Below, in pieces: positions 12,360 through 23,457 of a stretch of DNA of 64,000 bases. Position numbers and translations under genes: made by a program. Source of the stretch: Macrostomum lignano (taxonomy: Eukaryota); contig NIVC01002463.1 in NCBI GenBank assembly GCA_002269645.1, positions 62,001-126,000 on the forward strand, written 5' to 3'. Each line of letters begins with the position of its first letter. Within the stretch, counting starts at the first letter, position 1. The notes beneath the pieces were generated by a model, which saw only the letters and a program-made list of their open reading frames with translations, ran no database searches and was not told the origin of the DNA.

Positions 12360-12990
12360 TAGCTCCCTCTCTTGTCTGCTTCTCACACTCTACTGTCTCC
12401 CTCTCTTGTCTGCCTCTCACACTCTACTGTCTCCCTCTCCTGTCTGCCTCACACTCTACTGTCTCCCTCTCTTGTCTGCCTCTCACTCTACTGTCTCCTT
12501 CTCCTGTCTGCCTCACACTCTACTGTCTCCCTCTCTTGTCTGCCTCTCACTCTACTGTCTCCCTCTCCTGTCTGCCTCACACTCTACTGTCTCCCTCTCT
12601 TGTCTGCCTCTCACTCTACTGTCTCCCTCTCTTGTCTGCCTCTCACACTCTACTGTCTCCCTCTCTTGTCTGTCTCTCACACTCTAGTGTCTCCCTCTCT
12701 TGTCTGTCTCTCTCACTCTACTGCCTCCCTCTCTTGTCTGCCTCTCACTCTACTGTCTCCCTCTCTTGTCTGCCTCTCACTCTACTGTCTCCCTCTCTTG
12801 TCTGCCTCTCACACTCTACTGTCTCCCTCTCTTGTCTGTCTCTCACACTCTAGTGTCTCCCTCTCTTGTCTGTCTCTCTCACTCTACTGCCTCCCTCTCT
12901 TGTCTGCCTCTCACTCTACTGTCTCCCTCTCTTGTCTGCTTCTCACACTCTACTGTCTCCCTCTCTTGTCTGCCTCTCACACTCTACTCT
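12360..12990. repeat. 32-34-bp CT-rich minisatellite (ctctcttgtctgcctctcacactctactgtctcc)
   Basis: Direct tandem repetition, ~19 copies. Confidence 0.95.
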
Positions 12991-14355
12991 CACTATTTTA
13001 CCCCCCTCACACTACTCTGTCCCTCTCCTATCCCTTTCTATTGTACTTTACCTTTCCTCAATTTTCACGAGAACAATCTTTCATTCAACTTTAGTTTTCA
13101 AACAGAAATGTTTATAACTTTTGACAGAATTTCATGCATTGTCCTCTGATTACGGCTTATACATACGATGTTTTAGCTCATTATCTAGCTGAATCTAGCG
13201 CTGTACTCATTTTTCATTATCTATAATTATTTGCCCTCTTGCATTGTGAGTTAGTCGCTATCGTTAATAATGTATTGGAGAAATTCAACATAGTTTTCTT
13301 GCTATTTACTGTATACTTGATGATTAGTTTGGACACGCCTCACTTATGCTCCGTGCTTTTTCTCTGCTTCTTCCACCCCTAGCCGGTTTCTGGTGAATGA
13401 CGACTTGACTGATTTGTACTTGCTGGAGCAGTGCTGCGGGCCCTCCCTTTCCAATGCTCTCTTCCCTCTCCATAGCTACAAGTCAGGGGGGGGGGCGAAT
13501 GCAAAGCACAATGGGCCGTAGCAATAGTCCTTGCTTGGTGTGTTTCTATTTTTAGCATCACGCACTATATTATTATTTTTATTTTTATTACCAATCATTA
13601 TATGCTTGTAAGCGTATGACTGCGTTTAATATTAACTGTGTACAAGCTGCATAAAATGTCACTGACTATATAAGGCGTCACCGAAGCAGAATATTTAAAT
13701 ATGTAATTGTATCGTATAGAAGAAGGAATGTAGCGATTGCAGTGCCAGGTGTATCGAATATCCGGCTCTGTTGTGTGCTCTGTGTGAGTGCAGGGTGCCG
13801 GACCCAGCGAGCTTTGCGAGTTTATAAACTCGATTTCCGGTCCGTTAGTGTGTGTTGCCGGATCAATTTCACTGAATCCAAATCCAATGCGGTTCCCTTG
13901 TAGTCTTAATCCAAGCTTTGGTCCTTGCTTGTTTTCTAAACCTTATATTATGAAGTGCTTCTCTTTCTATAGAAACTTCTCTTTTCCTGTGAGTTTTCTT
14001 ATACTCTTGAACGAAAAGATTTTCAACAATTGCGGTTTAGTTGAGCCTGCATTATATTATTACTCTCTGATTTTAGTACTTAAAAGTAGTGCGTAATGAA
14101 ATTTGGCTAGAATTTTTTTCCGAGGCCAACTCGCACGCATCCAAAGTAGCCGATGAATTATTGTTATAAAACCACAAAATTGCAGACACGGCGGCGGCTG
14201 GTGGTCAGTTCCGCAGCTGCTAATCCACGATTCCAGGTGCCAAATCTCCAGGCGTCATCGCCGGGCTAATCGCGTTCGCTGTATCGGTTGGCTTAGCAAC
14301 TCTCTTGACTGTTTGGCCGGCTGTTAGCCAGTGCTCAACTGGGGCTAATCATAGT

Positions 14356-16469
14356 ATGCTGAAGGGTGAGTCTGCTTTTGTCACCATGTGGCCGAGTGAA
14401 TGACAAGTTATGACTCATGTTATAGAGGTGGTATGACTTATTTCCAAAAACTTTTTTGCATAGTCATAGGACATAAAGTCATAGACAAGTAATGAGTCAT
14501 TAGCCCTGACCCAGACAGGTAATGAGTCATTAGCCCTGACCCAGACAGGTGATGAGTCATTAGCCCTGACCCAGACAGGTAATGAGTCATTAGCCCTGAC
14601 CCAGACAGGTGATGAGTCATTAGCCCTGACCCAGACAGGTGATGAGTCATTAGCCCTGACCCAGACAGGTGATGAGTCATTAGCCCTGACCCAGACAGGT
14701 GATGAGTCATTAGCCCTGACCCAGAAAGGTGATGAGTCATTAGCCCTAACCCAGATAAGTGATGAGTCATTAGCCCTGACCCAGACAGGTGATGAGTCAT
14801 TAGCCCTGACCCAGACAGGTGATGAGTCATTAGCCCTGACCCAGACAGGTGATGAGTCATTAGCCCTGACCCAGACAGGTGATGAGTCATTAGCCCTGAC
14901 CCAGAAAGGTGATGAGTCATTAGCCCTAACCCAGATAAGTGATGAGTCATTAGCCCTGACCCAGACAGGTGATGAGTCATTAGCCCTAGCCCAGATAAGT
15001 GATGAGTCATTAGCCCTGACCCAGACAGGTGATGAGTCATTAGCCCTGACCCAGACAGGTAATGAGTCATTAGCCCTGACCCAGACAGGTGATGAGTCAT
15101 TAGCCCTGACCCAGACAGGTGATGAGTCATTAGCCCTGACCCAGACAGGTGATGAGTCATTAGCCCTGACCCAGACAGGTGATGAGTCATTAGCCCTGAC
15201 CCAGAAAGGTGATGAGTCATTAGCCCTAACCCAGATAAGTGATGAGTCATTAGCCCTGACCCAGACAGGTGATGAGTCATTAGCCCTGACCCAGACAGGT
15301 GATGAGTCATTAGCCCTGACCCAGACAGGTGATGAGTCATTAGCCCTGACCCAGACAGGTGATGAGTCATTAGCCCTGACCCAGAAAGGTGATGAGTCAT
15401 TAGCCCTAACCCAGATAAGTGATGAGTCATTAGCCCTGACCCAGACAGGTGATGAGTCATTAGCCCTAGCCCAGATAAGTGATGAGTCATTAGCCCTGAC
15501 CCAGACAGGTGATGAGTCATTAGCCCTGACCCAGACAGGTGGTGAGTCATTAGCGCTGACCCAGACAGGTGATGAGTCATTAGCCCTGACCCAGAAAGGT
15601 GATGAGCCATTAGCGCTGACCCAGACAGGTGATGAGTCATTAGCCCTGACCCAGAAAGGTGATGAGTCATTAGCCCTAACCCAGATAAGTGATGAGTCAT
15701 TAGCCCTGACCCAGACAGGTGATGAGTCATTAGCCCTAGCCCAGATAAGTGATGAGTCATTAGCCCTGACCCAGACAGGTGATGAGTCATTAGCCCTGAC
15801 CCAGACAGGTGGTGAGTCATTAGCGCTGACCCAGACAGGTGATGAGTCATTAGCCCTGACCCAGAAAGGTGATGAGTCATTAGCCCTGACCCAGACAGGT
15901 GATGAGTCATTAGCCCTGACCCAGACAGGTGATGAGTCATTAGCAAATACTCAGACAGGTGATGAGTCATTAGCACATACTCAGACAGGTGATGAGTCAT
16001 TAGCAAACACTTAGACAGGTGATGAGTCATCAGCAAATACTCAGACAGGCAATGAGTCATTAGCCCTGACCCAGATAGGTGATGAGTCATTAGCCCATAC
16101 TCAGACAGGTGATGAGTCATCAGCAAATACTCAGACAGGTGGTGAGTAATCGCCACAGAATTGTGTCAAGTGCTAATGCTGTAGTCATTAACAGAACTTC
16201 TCTAAAAGCCACTCATCCAACCCTCGCTTATTCAGGCCATCGGTTCCGCAGCTCCTGGGCCAGGGCCGCCTACCACAAGATGCAGTTCGATACCGAGCAC
16301 CTGTCTGAGAACAGCCGCCATCTTGAATGGTATCGGTTAGAACAGCCGCAGCTGCTGCCGAAGGAATTGGCTGATGCTTTTGTACAGTTGGAACAAGTGC
16401 GTTTGTAATGTGTAGTAGAAGTAGTGTAGTGGCAGATTAGTAGTAGTAGCAGTAGTAGTACGAGTAATG

Positions 16470-16541
<72 letters not shown>

Positions 16542-18028
16542 ATAGTAGAAGTAGTAGTAGTAGTAGCAGTAGTAGTAATGGTGGTAGTAGTAGTAGTACT
16601 AGTAGTAGTAAGTGGTAGTAGTAGTAGTAGTAGTAACAATAGTGGTAGAAGTAGTAGTAGTAGTAGTGTAGTTTAATCAGAAATATAAAGCTTAACAAGG
16701 AGTGAGACCCAGGTCTCCATGTCAATAGTCAGTCCAGATAGTTCGCATTCGATCCGGTAGTTGCCTACCCTTATCAATCTATACCAGGACGCAGAGACGG
16801 AGGCCTTCCTAGAGAACAGCTACGCCAAGTCTGAGCGTCTGCTAACCCAGCTGTACCATCGCGTTGCCAAGCCCCTGCTCTGCATGTTCATGTCCGTCAC
16901 TAGCGCCAATGGCTTCTTGCGACGCGGCTCAATGTTTGTCCTGTTCGGGGAACAGTTCCGACGACTCATCGTTGGGAGCGACTCTGGAGATCACCAGCAG
17001 CAGCAGGAGCCGCTGTTCGATTCGCTGCTTGACTTGGGCGCCGGCGATGGCAACGTGACCAGCCACTATGCCGGCTACTTTAGGCGAGTGTTCGCCACCG
17101 AGATGGCTACGGTGAGGGACTATCTGTCTGCTATCCTAGTGTCTGAGGGGGTGTTTAGCTACCCGTATCATGTTCGGGGAGAGTGTGACTGTCATTCTGT
17201 GAGACGGTGTGTCTACCTGTACAATGTCCGCGGAGGGTGTAGCCTCTACCGTGATGTCCTGAGAGGGTTTAACTGCCACCACAATGTCTGCGGAGGGTTT
17301 AGCCCCTATCGTGATGTCCTGAGAGGGTTTAACTGCCACCACATGTCTGCGGAGGGTTTAGCCCCTATCGTGATGTCCTGAGAGGGTTTAACTGCCACCA
17401 CATGTCTGCGGAGGTTGTAGCCTCTATCGTGATGTCCTGAGAGGGTTTAACTGCCACCACAATGTCTGCGGAGGTTGTTGCCCCTATCGTGATGTCCTGA
17501 GAGGGTTTAACTGCCACCACAATGTCCACCAATGGCACATTCAGTGTTATATCGATCAAATCCATATCGCAGGTGATGACATGGCGCTTAGCCGAGCGCG
17601 GCTACACGGTAGTGGATCCAATCACCTGGTTGCCAACGCAACCGGCCATAGATGCCGAGCCGGAGCTGGACGCTCACTACGACTTGATCGGGTGCTTCAA
17701 CCTGCTGGACAGGTGCGAGGCCCCCCTGGACCTGCTGGCGCAGGCAAAGCGCCGTCTCCGGCCCGGCAGCGGCCGCCTCCTGCTAGCCGTCGTGGTGCCG
17801 TTGCGTCAGTTCTGCGAGTTCGCGCCCGGCAACCGGCCCGCGCAGGTTCTTGCGGTCAGCGGGCCGACATTCGAGGAGCAGTTGGCCAGCCTAGTCAGCA
17901 ATGTGCTCCGGCCGCAGGGCTGGGCAGTGGTGCGATGGGCCAAGGCGCCTTACCTGTGCGAAGGCGATCTGTATCAGAGTTTCTATCACCTGACTGATGC
18001 CGTGCTGCTGTTACGGCCTACGGATTGA
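14356..18028 (+). CDS. METTL9: Protein-histidine N1-methyltransferase METTL9 (DREV1); exons 14356-14365, 16236-16396, 16788-17111, 17573-18028; ~316 aa
   Basis: All junctions are GT-AG and phase-compatible. Motifs NGFLRRGSMFV, LLDLGAGDGNVT, FATEM, CFNLLDRC and PYLCEGDLY match recalled METTL9. The true start may lie further upstream. Confidence 0.9.
14480..16145. repeat. 30-bp minisatellite (gatgagtcattagccctgacccagacaggt), ~55 copies, in a METTL9 intron
   Basis: Period of 30 is visible line by line. Source of the spurious 572-aa ORF. Confidence 0.97.
16415..16675. repeat. (GTA)n microsatellite in a METTL9 intron
   Basis: Direct reading; gives the poly-V, poly-L and poly-T ORFs. Confidence 0.97.
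17221..17530. repeat. ~60-bp minisatellite, ~5 copies, in a METTL9 intron
   Basis: acaatgtctgcggagggtttagcccctatcgtgatgtcctgagagggtttaactgccacc is repeated. Confidence 0.92.
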
Positions 18029-18039
18029 CTGGGAGTGAT

Positions 18040-19088
18040 ATGTGAGATCATGGGATGAGATCTGAGATCATGGGATGAGATCTGAGATCATTGGATGAGA
18101 TCTGAGATCATTAGATGAGATCTGAGATCATTAGATGAGATCTGAGATCATTGGATGAGATCTGAGATCATTAGATGAGATCTGAGATCATTGGATGAGA
18201 TCTGAGATCATTAGATGAGATTTGAGATCATTGTATGAGATCTGAGATCATTAGATGAGATGGAGATCATTGGATGAGACCTAAGATCTTTATATGAGAT
18301 CTGAGATAATTGGATGAGATCTGAGATCATTAGATGAGATTTGAGATCATTGTATGAGATCTGAGATCTTTGGATGAGATCTGAGATCATTAGATGAGAT
18401 GGAGATCATTGGATGAGACCTAAGATCATTATATGAGATCTGAGATAATTGGATGAGATCTGAGATCATTAGATGAGATTTGAGATCATTGTATGAGATC
18501 TGAGATCATGGGATGAGATCTGAGATCATTGGATGAGATCTGAGATCATTAGATGAGATTTGAGATCATTGTATGAGATCTGAGATCATTAGATGAGATT
18601 TGAGATCATTGTATGAGATCTGAGATCATTAGATGAGATGGAGATCATTGGATGAGACCTAAGATCATTATATGAGATCTGAGATTATTGGATGAGATCT
18701 GAGATCATTAGATGAGATTTGAGATCATTGTATGAGATCTGAGATCATTGGATGAGATCTGAGATCATTATATGAGATCTGAGATCATTAGATGAGATCT
18801 GAGATCATTATATGAGATCTAAGATAATTGGATGAGATCTGAGATCATTAGATGAGATTTGAGATCATTGTATGAGATCTGAGATCATTGGATGAGATCT
18901 GAGATCATTATATGAGATCTGAGATCATTGGATGAGATCTGAGATCATTAGATGAGATTTGAGATCATTGGATGAGATCTGAGATCATTGGATGAGATCT
19001 GAGATCATTAGATGAGATCTAAGATAATGGGATGAGATCTGAGATCATTAGATGAGATTTGAGATCATTGTATGAGATCTGAGATCAT
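18040..19088. repeat. 20-bp minisatellite (gagatctgagatcattRgat), ~50 copies, starting just after the METTL9 stop
   Basis: Direct tandem repetition. Confidence 0.96.
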
Positions 19089-19689
19089 AGTTGCTTATTT
19101 AAATTGCATTACTGAATTATTGATTGCTACCCACTGCTCCACTGAGCTGCATGCTTTTATTGTTTCTGTTACTTCAATTGATGTCTCCTCTTTAATTTCC
19201 TCTGTTGCTTCTTTAAACAAGCCGGGAGTTGAGCTGATAAACAGCAAAGTTCCATGCCATACTGGTACGCGCGGGCTCATGATTGCAAAATCACATGGCT
19301 ATTGTAATCATTATTTGTCACCTACAGTCATTACTTTCATAGAATTTATTAAAATCTAGGCGCTGTTTTTTATAACGAATATTCTTTCTAGGTTTGTTAA
19401 ATTGTTTTATGCTTTTAAACCGTTTTGCACGCGTTATAAAATTCTGTGTTTTGTCACACTGGTTTCGGCTAAACTGTTCTGTGAATTTTTTTGCGCATGA
19501 GTGACTCAGTTAATAAACATTGTCAGAGTTTGTAAACCTTCATTGACTTATTTGTTGACTCGTCTGTGGTTATCATAAAGCTTTAGATAAGGATCCTATT
19601 AAAGTGGGTATGAATTATGAAACTTAAATTGCATGACAACACGGATTTTCCTTCTGATACTAATTTTTATATAACACGTCCTCAATCAC

Positions 19690-20635
19690 AGTATCATGCT
19701 CAACATCATGCTCAAATGGCACACAGCATCATGCTCAGCCTCAACTAGAACACGGCATCATGCTCAAATGGCACACAGCATCATGCTCAAATGAAATGGC
19801 ACACAGCATCATGCTCAAATGGCACACATTATCATGCTCAACTAGAACACGGCATCATGCTCAAATGGCACACAGCATCATGCTCAAATGGTACAGCATC
19901 ATCATGCTCAACTAGAACACGGCATCATGCTCAAATGGCAACACAGCATCATGCTCAAATGGCACACATTATCATGCTCAACTAGAACACGGCATCATGC
20001 TCAAATGACACAGCATCATGCTCAAATGGCACACATTATCATGCTCAACTAGAACACAGCATCATGCTCAAATGGCAACACAGCATCATGCTCAAATGAC
20101 ACACATTATCATGCTCAACTAGAACACAGCATCATGCTCAAATGGCACACAGCATCATGCTCAAATGGCAACACAGCATCATGCTCAAATGGCACAGCAT
20201 CATGCTCAAATGGCAACACAGCATCATGCTCAAATGGCACACATTATCATGCTCAACTAGAACACGGCATCATGCTCAAATGGCCCACAGCATCATGCTC
20301 CAATGGCACACAGCATCATGCTCAAATGGCACACAGCATCATGCTCAAATGGCACACATTATCATGCTCAACTAGAATACGGCATCATGCTCAAATGGCA
20401 CACAACATCATGCTCAAATGGCACACATTATCATGCTCAACTAGAACACGGCATCATTCTCAAATGGCACACAGCATCATGCTCAAATGGCACACATTAT
20501 CATGCTCAACTAGAACACGGCATCATGCTCAAATGGCACACAGCATCATGCTCAAATGGCACAGCATCATCATGCTCAAATGGCACACATTATCATGTTC
20601 AACTAGAACACGGCATCATGCTAAAATGGCATGAC
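19690..20635. repeat. 21-24-bp composite minisatellite (catcatgctcaaatggcacacag / catgctcaactagaacacgg)
   Basis: Direct tandem repetition, ending ~30 bp before the ALKBH2 acceptor. Confidence 0.95.
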
Positions 20636-20668
20636 TAGAACGTTACACTTTACACTTTACATTGACAG

Positions 20669-21279
20669 CAATCTATAACTTTGCTGTCTTCTACAAAGAA
20701 GCGTAAAGCGGATAGCGACACGGAGGATGACAAAGCAAAAGCGTCGCCTCCGCCTAGCAAAGCCATAGCAACCAGTTGCCATAGCAACGATCCAATGCCT
20801 GTGAGAGACGCCGAAGAGGCCGAGCTGGTCAGCGAGCTTCGGAATTTGGCCCAGTCGGTCAGCAGCAGCCGCAGCATCGAGCGGCGCCAGCTGCGGCTGA
20901 CCTACTATCCGGCCTACCTGCCCAGCAAGATGGCTGGCCGGCTGTTTCGCCTACTCGAACGCCAGGTGACCTATTATGGACCGGACATTGCCAAGGTGTT
21001 CGTGTTCGGCAAATGGCACCCAATGCCTAGGCAGCTGTGCGCTTATGGAGATGCCGGGGTTGCCAGGTGGGTATGATGGGGGACTTGATAGCTGAGGTCC
21101 TGATTTACTAACTTCCTGACGCTGTCAATGGTCAATTTTTGGGCATTGGTTATATGTATCGCCTACTGAAGAGTAGCGAGAGAAGAATGTGATAAGAGTT
21201 TCTAATACGAGTATATGAAAACTATGAAATTGCCAAGTGCAGTGCAAAATGGCACACAGCATCTGACTGACAAGTGAAT

Positions 21280-21355
<76 letters not shown>

Positions 21356-21356
21356 A

Positions 21357-21430
<74 letters not shown>

Positions 21431-22494
21431 GCTAACTAACTAACAGACTAACTAACTAACTAACTAACTCACTAACTAACTAACTAACTAACTAACTAAA
21501 TAACTATACTAACTCATTCATTCACTCATTCACCCTCTCATTCACTTACCTACTCAGTCACTCACTCACCCACTCACTCACCGACTCACCCACTCAATCA
21601 CCAACTCACTTACTCACCCACCCACTCACTTACACACTCACTCACTCACTCACTCACTCAACCACTCACTCACCAACTCACTCACTCACTCACTCAACCA
21701 CTCACTCACCAACTCACTCACTCACTCACCCACTCACTCACCAACTCACCCACTCACTCACCCACTCACTCACTCACTCACTCACTCACTCACCCACTCA
21801 CTCACTCACTCACTCACTCACCCACTCACTCACCGACTCACCCACTCAATCACCAACTCACTTACTCACCCACCCACTCACTTACACACTCACTCACTCA
21901 CTCACTCACTCAACCACTCACTCACCAACTCACTCACTCACTCACTCAACCACTCACTCACCAACTCACTCACTCACTCACCCACTCACTCACCAACTCT
22001 CCCACTCACTCACCCACTCACTCACTCACTCACTCACTTACCCACTCACTCACTCACTCACTCACTCACTCACTCACTCACTCACTCACCCACTCACCCC
22101 GCAGGCACCAGAGTACCGGCCAAGCCCTGGCTGCCCAGCCTCGCCGCCATTCGCGACGTCCTCGCCGCCGACGCCAAACTTGGCCACGTCCGCTTCAACT
22201 TCGCCCTGGTTAACCGGTATGCCACCGGTGATAATTACATCGGCGAGCACCGGGACAGCGAGCCGGACCTCGACCCTCTGCGCCATAGTCAGCCTGTCTC
22301 TGGGCGCCCAGCGGGATTTCTATTTCCGTCAGCCGCTGATGGGCGAGAAGGTGCAGCTGGCGCTGGCCGGCGGCAGCCTGCTGGCGATGCAACCGCCAAC
22401 CAACAGTCACTGGCTGCACTCCCTGCCCAAGCGGAAGCGGGTCCAGCAGCCTAGGATTAACATTACCTTCAGGCGGATTGTTACTAGCGGCTGA
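20669..22494 (+). CDS. ALKBH2: AlkB-family 2OG-Fe(II) DNA demethylase ALKBH2; exons ~20669-21067 and 22105-22494; no ATG, an unresolved junction and an apparent frameshift at ~22275
   Basis: KVFVFGKWHPMPRQLCAYGDAG; AKPW; FNFALVNRYATGDNYIGEHRD (HxD); then, in a shifted frame, IVSLSLGAQRDFYF, LAGGSLLAMQPPTNSHWLHSLP and RINITFRRI. Confidence 0.85.
21285..22100. repeat. (CTAA)n followed by (CACT)n microsatellites filling the ALKBH2 intron
   Basis: Direct reading; the switch between the two is at ~21510. Confidence 0.96.
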
Positions 22495-22569
22495 ACTGCT
22501 GCACTTTCTGAACTGCCATTGAGTTATTTATTCATCTTTCTATTACCCTTAATCTCTGCTAATCTCTGC

Positions 22570-23145
22570 CATCTCTCCCCCGCCTCCGCCTCTCCCCTCT
22601 GTCCCCTCACCTCTCTCCCCTCTCCTCTCTGCCCTCACCTCTCTCCCCTCTCCTCTCTCCCCTCTCCTCTCTCCCTTCTCCTCTCTCCCCTCTCCTCTCT
22701 CCCTTCTCCTCTCTCCCCTCACCTCTCTCCCCTCTCCTCTCTCCCCTCACCTCTCTCCCTTCTCCTCTCTCCCCTCACCTCTCTCCCCTCTCCTCTCTGC
22801 CCTCACCTCTCTCCCCTCTCCTCTCTCCCCTCTCCTCTCTCCCTTCTCCTCTCTCCCCTCTCCTCTCTCCCTTCTCCTCTCTCCCCTCACCTCTCTCCCC
22901 TCTCCTCTCTCCGACTCTCCCCTCACCTCTCTCCCCTCACCTCTCTCCCCTCTCCTCTCTCCCTTCTCCTCTCTCCCTTCTCTCTCTCCCTTCTCCTCTC
23001 TCCCTTCTCCTCTCTCCCTTCTCCTGTCTCCCTTCTCCTCTCTCCCCTCTCCTCTCTCCCTTCTCCTCTTTCCCCTCTCCCCTCGCCTCTCCACTTCTGT
23101 CCTCTTTTCTGTCCTCTAATCTAATCTAATCTAATCTAATCTAAT
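22570..23145. repeat. Polypyrimidine CT-rich tract followed by (TAATC)n, between ALKBH2 and CHD1L
   Basis: Almost pure C/T from 22570 to 23100. Confidence 0.93.
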
Positions 23146-23457
23146 CGACAGTCTCCAAATTTGCCCAGTCACGTTCATTCATCCATGCGTGCTAAAAAAG
23201 GTGAAAATTGATTATGCTAAAAATATTTTTAGGATTTTTTTGATGGTCCTTGGTTATTAATTGACAAATAAATTGTAGTTTCGTAGATTTAAAGTACTTT
23301 TTTCTTTTCTTTTACCTTATAGCTAGGATTAGTTTATTAGTTTATTGATTTTTAAAAGAATCAGTATACTATCCTAACATAATACTCCAGATTTTTACGG
23401 CCAGATTGAACTACTCATATCAGTAGTACCAATTGTCAGCCGAATATTAACGTTGCT

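Noticed and set aside
13729-14100. Possible solo LTR (purine tract agaagaaggaa followed by TG)
   Set aside because: No matching CA end, TSD or second copy in the window.
14480-16145. Resemblance of the 30-bp unit (gtgatga-GTCA-loop-TGAC) to a hammerhead core, and of the arrays to CRISPR
   Set aside because: C3 and the GAAA box are absent. The arrays have no unique spacers or cas genes, and the DNA is eukaryotic.
14438-16156. 572-aa ORF (MTHHLSGSGL)n and similar long ORFs at 10500, 12317, 20134, 25393, 26751-28130, 32510, 52072-52835, 60010-60971
   Set aside because: They are translations of intronic or intergenic minisatellites whose units lack a stop in one frame; there is no splice or domain support.
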